Shown here piece by piece: positions 36,686-49,155 of a DNA stretch of 64,000 nt. The stretch spans positions 29,078,001-29,142,000 of the forward strand of contig NC_045713.1 of assembly GCF_009834535.1 (NCBI RefSeq). Reading direction: 5' to 3'. The notes under the pieces are model-generated. The model searched no databases. It worked only from the letters and a program-made list of their open reading frames with translations, and had not been told where the DNA came from. Position 1 is the stretch's first letter, and each line of letters opens with the position of its first letter. A program made the translations under genes and the position numbers. Origin of the DNA: Camelus ferus. Taxonomy: Eukaryota.

Positions 36686-39539
36686 CTCTTCTAACACAGG
36701 GAGGCCCAGGCCAGAGACCACCCCGAGATCCTCCCCAACCCCGGCCTGTGGAGTTAGGGGCAAGTTAGAACTGCCCCCGGAGCAGTTCAGCTCCTCTGAC
36801 GTGTAGCCTCACGGAGGGCAATGTGGCAAACCAATTTTCACTTCTACTTTCAGACAGGTCGAAGTGGAAATGACAATTTAAGCGTTTAAATGTCCCAAGA
36901 TCAGTACATTTCTTGGAAGTGAAGCACAGCAAACTTCACATGACGTTCATTAAAAAATCAGTGCGGACGGCCTGCTGTGCCGGGAAGACCGCGATCCTCC
37001 TCACGGAACTCCCTCTGTCTTCAATCAGGAATCCTCTTAAGTCAGAGACTCAGCGGTCATTCTACGCTATTCCAGGTGCTTCTTATGCCTCGACTCCGAC
37101 CCTTACTTAGGACTCTGGGTGACAACGCTTCCTAGCGCTTCTGCCTAATGTGAATGGCACACATCCCCCTCCTACGTAAGAGGCAGAGGAAGGTGCTGGC
37201 CCCCTACTCCTGGTCTCTCAGTGGGGACTGGGGTGGGCCAGCCGAAAGGAGAGCAGGGTCAGCAGCAGGATGGGCACTGGGGACAGTGGCACCAGTGACC
37301 TGGGCCAGGAGAGACAGCAGGCTCAGGGCAGGCGCCTGCTCCTGTCACAGACCTTTGGTAAAGGTCATGCTGTCTGTCGCTGCATCAGCACCCCCAGAGG
37401 TTTGTTTTGGGTGTTCTGTGGTTAGTCAGAGAGCAGGGCCAGAAGCCAACCCTCCCCTCCTGAGGCATGAGCAGTCACTGGATCCTGTGTCGTCCCCGGT
37501 GGCCAGGTTGGGTGGCGGAGGTAGGCGAGAAACCGGCGGCTTCAGAGTGAGGAGCCCTGTGTAGGCAGAGCCCCAGACAGCCGCACCGAGTGGGATGGAG
37601 CGAGGCATGTCTTGAAACTCAACGTTAACCCTCAACCCCGTTACCCCACGAATTCCTGTTTCCTGTGGCAGCTCACTGCTGCTCTATGCCATCAGCCAGA
37701 AGTGAAGAAGTGATCAAGGAGGCTGGCTTCAGCAGCACCGGGGCTGGGTGGAGGCTGGGGAGGTCCTCTGGGGCGGGACTCTCCCGTGGGCCTGGAGGGA
37801 CAGATGGGGAAGAGGGCGGGGACACTCGTCCTGCAGGCCCTGAGGGCCACTTGAAGGATGCGGAGAGAGGGCAGTGGAGGAAGCTGTACACCCATCAGAG
37901 GGCAGCTTCCAGAATCCAGATCAGGGTGGAGGTGCTGAAAGCGCTGAGCTGGAGTGAGATTCTGGATCTAGCTGATGCCTGAACTGGCAGAACGCACAGA
38001 CAGCTTGGTTGTGGGACGAGAGGAGACAGGACACACCAGGGCTTTTGGCATGAGTGAATACAAGGATTGAATTTCTGTTTGCTGACAGGGAAAGACAGCC
38101 TAGTTGGAGGTGCCTCTCCGTTGGCATCTGCTGGCTGGGCCCCACAAAGTCGTGCCAGGTGCTGTGCTCAGCACGGTGCGCAGTGCCTTTCCCTCCCAAC
38201 AGCAACATGAGGTAGAGAGATCTGAGGTCAGGGGGACACACTGATGTCACAGTGTGAGGGTGCTGGGGCTGAGACCCCACCGCTACCTGGACCCCCGTCC
38301 ACTCTCCTGGCTGCTCTGAGATGCAGCCATATCCAGAGTCCGTCTACTTCTCAAGGGTGTGATGTGCCTCAGAAGATGTTCCTCGAGAAATCTAAGCCAC
38401 CAGATCCTCTGTGATCAGAGAAATAAAAAACGTGGCCCCATTTTCAAACACATGGAAGGACTGGGGTTTGGAGAAAAAAAAAATTAAACTGTAGAGTGCC
38501 TTCAGCAGAAACGATCATTTTAATAGTCAAAGAAGGGAAAGGCTCAACACCCAGTCTCTACCACTCAAACACCTCACTTCCCCAATGCATAGAATGCGAT
38601 CTAGAAATTCTGCTCTGTAGAGTCAAAAAATAATAATTTTTGTCTTTTCCAGAACCATCTAGGACTACTCTAATACATAACAAACAGCAGAGGGCACAGC
38701 CATTAGGTGACCTTGTGATTTCAGCAGAACATGGCTCTCTAATGTAGCTCAATTATGATTGTAAGTTTATAAAACAGGGAAAGATTACAGGAATATACAT
38801 TAAACCACATCAATGAGCGCTACTGAGAAAAAAAAAAAAGGTCCAGCAGACAGGTACCAATCAAATAATCAATACGTAGGAAACAGCTACATCTCCCTGC
38901 TTTAAAAGAACCAAATAATGCTGCAATTGGATTTACTTTAAAATTTTCCACTTGAACAAAACTGACAGCTGTATTATAATCACGTTTCCAGTCACTTTAT
39001 AAGGTACAAATTTCGTTTCTCCATATTTCTACTTCATTTCTGAAGAGGGGCCAGCAACACTGCTCATCAAGCACAGAGAAGCAGCCTAATTCATAGAGAG
39101 GGGGAAATGCTGTTAATTCCACGTTTTCCATTTCCTTAGAGAACTGGTGGTTTAATTCAAACACGATTCTTTTCTGATCGGTGTAGTCCAGGGTCCTAGT
39201 TTCAGAGAGGGGCAGAAAACATCCCTACCCCAGCATTTTAGCCTTTAGGTAAAATGATTTGAGATAGCACAACTGCTGAAGTTAAGACAATCTACATTTT
39301 TAGGAAATACCAAGGTGGGTTTAAGATTCTTGGGGTATTTCAATAGGGGGGGAAGTCTGCACCAGTATAATCTGGCTATTCAAATATTATGGTAATGATG
39401 AACAAACATCACTCTTCCTCATAATCCAACTGCCTCAAATTACTCGTGACAACCTTTAGAAATGTCACTTTTCATGTTAATGAAAGTGCCTTAAGTTTTA
39501 TGGACAATTAAAGTGACCAGTAAAGCTTTAACCAGTTCA

Positions 39540-40150
39540 ATCCAAGCCTTATTCGAGTGCCTTCTATGTGCTAGGCCCCGTGCCAGGCACTAGGGAGAGA
39601 AAAGCAAAGTGCTAAGGGCATGTCTGAGGTGTGCCTGGGAAGACTGGAGAGGAGGGCTACCTAATCCCGCACTGAGGAGGAGGGGGTTGGGAGTGGGGCT
39701 GGGAGGGCAAGCCTGGCAGAGGGCACACTCGGGCAAAGGCCCAGTGGTGGGAAACGGCACCCCAGAAGGCTGTGTCTAGGGACCTGCCAGCAGCACCACA
39801 GCCGAGTGGGCTCAGATGCAGCAAGACGTAAGGCAGAAGGCGAGCGCAGAGGAGCTCTGAAATCTACAAGTGGGGAAGTGATGTGTGAAATCTACAAGTG
39901 TGGGCAAGACTTGCTTTTTAGACACTGGCTGCAGGGTAGTTGGACCAGGGTGGGGCAGAGCCATGGGCTGGGATCCCACGTGGGAGACACTGGGCACAGA
40001 GAGTCTAGGCTGGAGAGGGGACAGAACTGCAGATGTGGGATGGCCAGTGACCCTCTGACTCTGGGGTTAGAGCAGGATCAGGAGTGGTTCCAAGTCAGCA
40101 GGTGGGGATGTAAAGAGACCCAGTGTGGACCATATTCCCTTTAAAGATAA
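39540..40150 (-). mobile_element. L2 fragment
   Basis: ttattcgagtgccttctatgtgctaggccccgtgccaggcactaggg; gggcacactcgggcaaaggcccagtggtgggaaa. Confidence 0.7.
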
Positions 40151-40589
40151 AACATGGCTGGGGAGTGCAGGCCGAAGAGACATAAAGCCACACTCGCCTG
40201 AGATGGGGCTTCAGATGCCATTTCCATACTTGCCTCTTCGGTTTCACATTAACATCAGTCCACTTCAGTGTCAGCACTACACAAGTCCACTTCTCTGGAG
40301 CCCCAGGCCTGAACGCTTGAATTAAATGGCCCCTGAGAAGACATCTGGGTCTGAATCAAGCCTCTACTGAAGGTTTCAGTTCTCCAATCAGCTGGTACCC
40401 ACCTTCCTGAAAGTCATCTTTCCAAGAAACTTATCTAATTAAGAAGCCCGTGTGACCTCCACTTCTCAGTGTAGCGCCTGGACAGAAACAGTCATGAGGC
40501 TTTGTTTTGTCAGAACTCCTACTACTTCAGAAAAGTCGTTCAATGACCATGTATAGCCCATGGATGCTAATGACTGTTTTTACTAGGAA

Positions 40590-40800
40590 AGCCTTCACAC
40601 CCTGACAGTGATGCCGAGCATTTTTGATGGATTCTCTCTTTTATCTACAGAACAGTCCTGAAGGAGACAGTATCATTGTCCCACTTTACTGGTGAGGAAA
40701 AAAGGCTCAGAGAGGTTAACCAGTTTGCTCAAGGTCACACAGCTGGGACTCAAACCCAGGTTTTTCTGAATCCAGAGCCCTGAATCCTAAACATTACACT
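40590..40800 (-). mobile_element. MIR SINE
   Basis: ccccactttactggtgaggaaaaaaggctcagagaggttaaccagtttgctcaaggtcacacagctgggactcaaacccagg. Confidence 0.85.
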
Positions 40801-40854
40801 CCTCATTAATTAAATGTTGGCTTCTCAAGAATTTGATCACTCCCCACTTCTTTA

Positions 40855-41560
40855 AGCTTTTATTTCAAAAACTCTCAGGGAGGGGAGGGTGTAGCTCAGT
40901 GGTAGCCTGTGTGATTAGCATGCATGAGGCCCTGGGTTCAATCCCCAGTATCTCCATTAAATAAATAAATAATCCTAATTACCCTCCCCCACCCCACCCC
41001 CAAAAAACCAAAACAAAAACAAAACTAAATTTCTAAAAGAATGCTTTTAAACTTTCAGAAAAGTTTAAAGAATAGTACAATAAATACACATGTGCCCTTG
41101 ACCTAGATTCATCAATGGTTAACATTTAGTGGCATTTGCTTCCTCTCTCACTAAACACTCCCACATTTTTATTTTGTGAATCATTCCAAAGTTGCAAGCA
41201 GCATGGCACTTTACCCCTAAACTCTTCAGCCCTACTTCCTAAGATCGAGGACATTCTCCCACAGAATCACAATGCCATTATCACACACAAGAAATGTGAT
41301 ACTGACCTCAATTACATTATCCAATCACAATCTACATGCAAAGTTTTTCCAATTTCACAAAGAAGTCCTCTAAAGCTACTCTGTTTTTATTCCTCAATCC
41401 AAGAGCCAATCTGTGGCAACAGTCATCATGTCCTGTTGCAATAATCTACAACAGCGCCCTGGGCCTCTCCACTGTTTGGTTTTCCCTGACACTCAACATT
41501 CAAGACAAGTTCAAATTGGTAGTCTCCTAGAATGTCTCACATTCTAGGTTTGTCTTTCAA
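40855..41560 (-). mobile_element. L1MC4/5-like 3' fragment containing SINE copy 3
   Basis: tcagaaaagtttaaagaatagtacaataaatacacatgtgcccttgacctagattcatcaatggttaacatt; cctacttcctaagatcgaggacattctcccacagaatcacaatgcc. Confidence 0.8.
40879..41030 (+). mobile_element. vic-1-type SINE, copy 3, nested in an old L1MC fragment
   Basis: ggaggggagggtgTAGCTCAGTGGtagcc...GGTTCAATCCCcagta, then aaataaataaataatcctaattaccctccccc and an A tail. Confidence 0.9.
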
Positions 41561-42049
41561 AGTCTTTATTATTTATGCTCTTTTCTCATTTTTGCCAAGA
41601 TGAGGCACATGACAATGACTGGGCCATCAGCAAAATGAGGCAACACAGAGGACTTTCCAGCACTGACAGGACCACAAAACTATCACTGGCCTTGCAGGAG
41701 AAGCAAATCAATGAGCTCACATTTTCATGGACTTAAAATCAAACCACATAACCTGCTTAGGGAGCTTCATAATACTCTTGCTGGAAACGACTCTTTAGGC
41801 ATCCAGATGAGCACAGCCAGAGATGTCCACTCTGTCTGAAAGCTCTCACCTGCAGCTCTGGGGTGAGTGCTAGAAACGGCAAACAGCGAATACTGCAGGC
41901 TCACTCATAACATTCACATTCATTAACAGAGGATAAGAAAGGGAGGTGGTCCAGATCTGAAAGGTGGATGGAGAATCTGGAGTATGGCTGCCACACCTGG
42001 GCTGCCTTGAGCCTTGTAAGCACCCACAGCGGTGCTTGTTCTGGGGGCG

Positions 42050-42690
42050 TGAGTGGTTTGCAGGTGGGAGGCACAGCCAGCGCTAAGGCCTGAGGTGAGA
42101 ACATGCCTTGTGTGTCTGAAAGAACAGCAAGGATGCAGAGAGAGCTCAGTGGTGTTGGGTGATGCTCAGCCTCGTAGGCCACTGTAAACGTCTCCCCTTT
42201 TAGTCAGAGAGGGATTGGAGGCCACTTTGAGCAAAGGAAGGACACAATCTGACTTACGTTTTAAGAGGGTAACACTGGACACAGTGTTAAGAATAAACTG
42301 CAGGGAACAAGGCAGAAGCCAGTGACTGGTTAAGAGGCTGCTGCAATGATGCAGGTGAGAGATGACGGCAGGCAAGCCAGGTGCTAGGGGTGGAGCTGGG
42401 AGAGATGGTCAGATCCTGGATACATTTGGAGGGACGAGGTGACTAAGTGTGCTGACCAACCGGAAGTTGAGTTTGAGAGAAAAAGGAGAATCAAGGATGA
42501 GCCCCCGATTTTTGCCACCAGGATAGAGCTGCCAGCTACCAACTGGGAGATGGAAAGGCTGAAGGGAGGCAGGTTTGCAAGTAAGATTGGACTCCACTGT
42601 GTTTATAGTACGCATGAGATGCTGAGCAGACCACTGGGGTACTCGGGTCTGGAGGTAACTGGAGGCCTGTGGCTGGAGGCAGAGTGAGCT
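42050..42690 (-). mobile_element. L2 fragment (longest in the window)
   Basis: ggaggcacagccagcgctaaggcctgagg; ggacacaatctgacttacgttttaagaggg; gaatcaaggatgagcccccgatttttg. Confidence 0.8.
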
Positions 42691-43529
42691 GGTGAGAAGG
42701 GGGCACGCCCATGAAGAGAGGCAGCCACTGCTGCCTGTGGGGATGCAGGCCCCAAAGGGCCAGACCGTCACAAATTCAGAGTGATAGATATCTAGGTTTG
42801 CACAACAAAATATCTTGATTTTAAAATGTTGACAATTAACATAAAATTTGCTTGCAAACATTCTACTAGATACTGAACTACATCTGTGCGCCTGTCTAAA
42901 GGCCAGCGGTTTGTAACCTCTATACATACCTTATTGCACTGCCTTACAATAATCCTGCAAAGGTGAGCATCACTGCTCTCAGTTTATCAATGAGGAAATT
43001 GAGGCCCAGAAAGGTAAACTGACTTGTCCAAGGCCACACAGTAAGGAAGAGGCAGAGCTGGGATCCAGATGCCAGATCTGTTTTCTCCTAAGTCTGTATT
43101 TTTCTGAGACCCAAGGCTTCCTCCATCCCCTCAGCCATCTTCTTAAAGAGGCAGGTACTGGGCTAGAAGGAGAGCAGAGGGGAGGTCCACAGCAGCCTGC
43201 CTTGCCAGGAGACCAGGACAACCAAAATCGTATTACTGCTGTTAATAATTAGCTTCGAAGGCATGATTCCAAGGCTTGGGTTCCAGAGAACAAACTGGAT
43301 CAAACAGGATGGGCCTCTAGGCAGTAAAGAGTCCCTCTATTCAGGCCATAGAGCAGGACCCAGCAGTGCTAGGGAAGAAGTGGAGAGGCAAACCAGAGTC
43401 TGTGAGAAACACACAGTCCTTCTGGACCACTTCCGCAGGATGGGTCTCCCATGCTTGGCCTCCCAACAGAGCTCCCTGCTGTAATGCTGAGTCCCCCTCC
43501 TCGACTCCACAAATCTACTGAGGCCACAG

Positions 43530-43990
43530 ATCTCGCTCCATAAATCACACTGAGGTCCGAGAGGACCTTTTGAGGTACAAATCTGGTCACACCACCTGGT
43601 TAAAACTCTTCTCACTGTTCTCAGGATAAAATTCTAAACTCTTGATACAACCAGAAGGCCAGCACAATGGGCCCAAGGCAATCTCCTTCTAATCTCACCA
43701 CCGCCTTACCTCTCCCCCTGCTCTGCCCTCTGGCCACACTGCCATTTCTCATCTTCCTCCACTCCCCACCAGCCCCAGGGCCTTTGCTCCTGCCAGGCCC
43801 CTTCCTGGTGCCCACGTCCACATGCAACCCTCAGATTTCCCTTAGAAGCCTCTCTGTCCTCCAGACAGGTCAACCCCTGTTACGTGCTCTCTTAGCACTT
43901 AGCACAGAGGCCAGTTGACTTTGATCTGTGGGATGCTGTGATCAGGGTTCGCCTCTCTCAAAAGACTAAGCTAGAAAAGACACTAGCTTT
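43530..43990 (+). mobile_element. L2 fragment
   Basis: aaatctggtcacaccacctggttaaaactcttctcactgttctcaggataaaattctaaactcttg; cccagggcctttgctcctgcc. Confidence 0.7.
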
Positions 43991-45399
43991 CGCTCCTGTG
44001 ACTGGTCTGCACTTGAATTTTTTTTTTTTTTAAAACACACTGCAATAAAGCATGGTACGTGGGCCTACAGTTGCCACTGCTGCTTCTTAGAAAGTCTGTC
44101 CCTCGTTCTGAAATGATCCCCTTCCTAGTTAACTAGTATTAACAGTATCCTCTCTTTTATGAAATGATACTTCATAAATGCTTTTAAAAAAAAAGACAAC
44201 TTGGTAAAATAAGCAGTTGGAAATCCTATCCCAAGAGGCTTTGTTGGGTTTTATTTTTGTTTTGGCATTTTTACTGGGCTGTGAAGTCCCAAGGTCTGGG
44301 AACCACTGCTCTATACAACGATGCATACTTTCCAGGCCCCTGGACCCTGGGGGTGAGTCCAAGTCCAGGTGAGGACTCAAACAAAGAGAGCACAGAAATC
44401 TGCTTATCTGTGGATATTTCTTTGGGGGGTTCGGGTCCTCTCTCTCAGACCACTTGATCTAGGATTCTAACTGCTTCAAGGCTCTTTTGAGGAACAGTCA
44501 TCTAGGTTGTAACAGAGCAGAACTGGAAATGCCAATAACTGTGGGAGGGTGGCATGAGATGCCTTAGTCAGTGGAATATTATGCTAGCTACTAAACACGG
44601 CAGTTCTGAACTCTATGAGACAATGTGGAAAACCGCTTCAGGGGAGCATGTGAGGAGGTTTCTGATCCGCTCCCTGGACATCTCGGCTGAGCTGCCTCCT
44701 GGCACCTCTTATCTGTCCACTCATCTTTGGTCTGGATTCGCTTCATCTCCAGGGCTGGCCCTTCAGATTATGGGATCACTGGCCCCCAGCCCTTGCTGCC
44801 AGGACTGCCCCCAAGCTCAGCAACCAGCGGCAAGCTGGATCTCCAGCACCGCCCTGGTGAGTTAGTCACAAAATGCTGCCCTCAGACTGCGTCCCCATGC
44901 CCTTTGCCCCACTGTCACTGGCCCCTGTGCCCTTGCCACAACCTCCTAACTGGCCTCCCTGCAACTGTGCCAGGCACCATTCCAGACACGTCACATATAT
45001 TAACTCACTGACTCCTCCCAACAACTCCCACTTACACACGAGGAAACAGAAGCACCAAGAGCTCAAGTTACTCGCTGAAGGTCATACGCTGGCAGGTGGC
45101 AAGGGGCCAAGCTGGGATTTCTCTCCGGCACGGTCTGGCTCCCGAGCCCACGCTCAGAACCACTAGGCTACGAGGCCTCTCCGGTCCCTGGACCCAGCTC
45201 ACAGGCCTCCGTGGGCACCGTCTGACCCGGCAGCTCTGGTTCTAGAACTGCTGTCCCTGCGGGCACCCTTCAATGGCTTCCCACGGCACTGGAGTTGAGA
45301 TCTAGTTCACCTCAGCCCCTCTCCCCTCTGCTCCTTACCTGCCAGCCACACCGGCCTCCTTTAGGATTCTGGGACATACTGAGCTCACTCCCACCTTCT

Positions 45400-45790
45400 A
45401 CCCTCACCTCTGACATCTCGAACTGGCAGGCCTCATCCTCGCATTTTCTCGTGGAATCTTCTGGGCCCCCTTGCACGGTGCCTCTCTAGAGAGGCTTCCC
45501 TAATCAGCACACGAGGTCTCTTCTCCTAGTTATTCTCCACCACTGGACCCTGCTCATCCTCTCCACCGAGCCACCTCGATCAACCTGTGATTGCTCATTT
45601 ACCATTTACTTCCTTTCCTGTTTGTCGTCTCCCCCCGCCCCTGCCCCAAGTGGTGGAAGCCCCACAGAGCGGAGACCAAGTCTGGCTTTAGTTCACTTTC
45701 GCATCCCAGCTCCCAGCACTGTGCCTGGCAGACAGCAGGTGCCCAATGAGTAGCTGAATTAATGGATGGGTTTTTGATGAATGGATTGAA
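45400..45790 (+). mobile_element. L2 3'-end fragment
   Basis: ctctagagaggcttccctaatc...ccagcactgtgcctggcagacagcaggtgcccaatgagtagctgaattaatggatgg. Confidence 0.7.
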
Positions 45791-47537
45791 AAAAAAATCA
45801 GAATACAAGATGAGGTGTGTGCAGCATGCGGTATGGCCACAGCTATGTTAATGTCAAGTGCCCATGTGGATAAGGCTGGGAAGGAAAGTTTCTTGAGGAT
45901 GCCTGGTTGCCTGGTATCCCCTTAGGGTGTTTGGTAATGGGAGAATTTCCCCCGCTGCGACTGCCCATGTCATCTGGACACAGGCGAGACAGACAGGAGC
46001 CTGGCTTCTCCTCTGCTCGTCCTCAGAGCAGTGCTGGTGCTGTCCGTCGGTAGACATGCTGGTGCGCCCCACCTGGACACGGTACAGCTCCCTTCATCCG
46101 GGCCCACATGGCCAGAACTGTCTTTCTTATTCCCCAGAACGGTGTCATTATACAAGTGACCAACTGTTTAAATACTTCAGGATACTCGCCCCTCAAAACA
46201 TTATCAAAGCAGAGAGTGCTCACCCCGGAGCCCCACAGTATGAGTTTTATCTCGCTTATTCAGCAGCTGCGGCGGGAAAGCACCTGCAATGCGCCAAGCA
46301 GGGCGCTGCCTGCTTCATGAACTTGATCTCATTTGATCTTCAACGGCCCTCTTTTTAAAGTCTTTTAGAACCATTTTAAAGGCAAGGCTGCTGAGCCTCA
46401 CAAGCATTAAGACCCCGAGCAAGGTCACAATGCCACTGACTTCCAATAACTACAGCAGGGGCTGCAAAATCACACGTCAATGGGGCCAGGTTGGTGGGAC
46501 ACAGGGGAGCACAGGCCCCATCTCTGCGCTCCACCAGAGCAGCGGCTGGGCTGGGGAAGCTCCCAGTTTGTGATGGTGGCAACCAATTCAATCAAGAAGA
46601 GTAACTCAAAGTCCTTATCTGTTAGAGAGAAGTATTTATGGATGCAATAATATGTCTTCCATTTGCTTTAATCCACTAGGGGCGGTGGGGAGATGATGGT
46701 TAAAAAGAGAAATGGTGGGGGTGCACATGAAATGAGGCTGAACAAAAGGGTAATAACTATTGAAGCTGAAGGCTGGGTATATAGATTCATGGTGTTATTC
46801 TCTCTGGAAATCTAATCTATTTTATCTAGTCTAGTCTAGGCTCCCCTTCCCATCCCCCCTCCCTTCCCCTTCCCTCCCACCCTCCTCTCCTTCCGTCATG
46901 GCTGCCAGTCCGTGACCTCTCCTCTCCAGTGAAAACAAAGCAGGCTGTCAGCACAGTTTGCTGCTTTTCCGAAGGGGTGTCAGTCTCTTTGATGCTCCTT
47001 GTCAGAAGCCACCTGGCCAGAGCTCACCTGCCAAACCTGGCCCAGGGGCCGGCTGCTGGTCAGCAGACGTGAGTGTTTTTATGCTGTGGTTTCTTACCAA
47101 AGTGTGACAAGTTTAGTAAATACACTTAAAGTCAAAAAAGTCACCTCTTCCTGCTATGGGGAGCTGGCATTTCCTGAAGCCTGTCAGACCGTACCACCTT
47201 ATATAAAAGCTGACCAACCCCAAATACCTCTTCTTGAGACGGCCTCCTCAAGCTCCAGGGAGACCACACACTACCCCATCAGGAGCATGCCAAGCCCCCA
47301 ACATTCAGCAAACATGGATGTCTTTACCTCCATTATGACGCTTCCTACCTTTTGTGTACACAGAAGGCATTTTATGAAGTGCAAGGCATGTTAATTTTTC
47401 CCCAAATGGAAGGTGAGAAGCTCCAATATTTAAGAATAATCACCAAAAAAAAAAAAAAAATCAACCAACAACACATGCATATCTTATTCTAGTACCATGT
47501 GCTCCTAAAATCCATAATTCTTAGGACTTTCTGGTTG

Positions 47538-47693
47538 NNNNNNNNNNNNNNNNNNNNNNNNNNNNNNNNNNNNNNNNNNNNNNNNNNNNNNNNNNNNNNN
47601 NNNNNNNNNNNNNNNNNNNNNNNNNNNNNNNNNNNNNNNNNNNNNNNNNNNNNNNNNNNNNNNNNNNNNNNNNNNNNNNNNNNNNNNNNNNNN
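47538..47693. other. Assembly gap (156 N)
   Basis: Run of N. Confidence 1.
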
Positions 47694-47988
47694 TGTTTCA
47701 GCAGGCCATTCTGAGGGGGAGGGGGGAAGAAATGCGAATTCCCAGCATAAAATTTAATTCCATTTCACGGATGCAAACATTCTTGCTGCCTTGACGGAAT
47801 GGCCCCCTTTAAAGCAAACTGTTTCTCTCTCTTTCCTTGAATCAAATCAGAGAAAGACTGGTTTATGGGTCTTCCCAGACAATTTCATCAATTTAAACCT
47901 TTACAGAAATCCCTGTGGCCACTTCTCAAGGAGGAAAGGGCCAAAGAAGATGGGCATAGGGCACAGAGGAGATGGAGCGTCTGTGTTC

Positions 47989-47992
<4 letters not shown>

Positions 47993-48054
<62 letters not shown>

Positions 48055-48082
48055 GAGAGAAAGAGAGAGAGAGAGAGGGAAG
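47993..48082. repeat. (GA)n/(GAGAAA)n polypurine microsatellite, about 90 bp
   Basis: Read directly; it generates the RERERE ORFs in the track. Confidence 0.97.
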
Positions 48083-48679
48083 GAAAATAGAGCACAAACA
48101 ACAAGGAGGCTAGAAAAAGGTGTTAGACAATCAGGTAAAACCCGTAATAATCACTTACTGAGAATCTTCCAAGTATCAGGTGGTGAGCTCTGCTATTTAT
48201 ATGCAGGACCGCATTTGACCGTGGGGCAACATTGACTCCAGTTTCCTGAGTGCAGTTACATGCAAGGCACTATGCCTAGTCACATTTATTTCATATTATA
48301 TTTCACTCAAGTCTCAAAACATCCCCATAATATAAGGAAGATCATCTTCATTTTACATGGGAGGAGACGGAAGTTGTGGTGGTTTCGACCATTTGCTCAA
48401 GGGAGTCTAGAGGAGGGCATGGGTATCTGGCTCAAAATCCAACCCTCAATGGCCTATATCACAATCGCTGGTTACAAATGAATAGTTATGTCAAAACTCA
48501 ATTGAACACTAAAACTTGGTGGATTTTATTAGATGTAAACTATATTTCGATAAAGCAGGGGGCCCTCTCCTCACTGTACACTACAAAGAGTGGCCATCTG
48601 CTGTTCCGGCCTCTCCAGCTCCCTTCTCTTGTGAGCTCCCTTTGAGGGCCCCCTGCTTCTGCATTCCCTGGTGATGGGG

Positions 48680-49155
48680 TTCAAAAGGAATAGCTCTCCC
48701 CCTCCCAGCTCCAGAGTGGGCATGTGACCCCAGCCTAGCCAATCAGTGAATCACATCCCTCTGACCACTGCCTGGTTCAGGGATGGTCATGTGACCCAAG
48801 CCAGGCCAATGAGAGTACTGCCCTGGACTTCTATAAAAGTTACAGGGAAAGAGAAGCTCTATTTCTGCCAGGGCTGTTCAGCTAGTTCAGCAGATCTTGG
48901 AGGTGCTGATGGCCGTCTTGTCACTATCTGATGAGATCCTCCAGAGGATGAAGCCAGAACAGAGGAAAGCAGAACTGAGAGATGGAGGGTGGCAGCTTCC
49001 TGATGCTGCTGCTTGAGTACCTAGATCCAGCCATGCCTGAAGGCAAAACTACTCTTGGACTTTACAGTGATATCAGCCAATTCCTCTTTCTTTTTCCTTA
49101 AGCTAGTCTAAGTTGGGTTTTCTGTCTCTTACAACCAAAGAGTCCTAATATATCA
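48680..49155 (+). mobile_element. MLT1J/K-like ERVL-MaLR LTR
   Basis: ggtcatgtgacccaagccaggccaatgagag; cctagatccagccatgcctgaag; ends taagttgggttttctgtctcttacaaccaaagagtcctaata. The 5' boundary is approximate. Confidence 0.8.

Noticed and set aside
46666-46690. CTCF-like CCACTAGGGGCGGT (also partial matches near 20905, 27635, 60335)
   Set aside because: Each deviates from the core consensus by an indel or several mismatches, and this one lies in an old L1; not supportable without a PWM scan.
47865-48235. RERERE / SLSLSL ORFs
   Set aside because: Translations of the (GA)n microsatellite.
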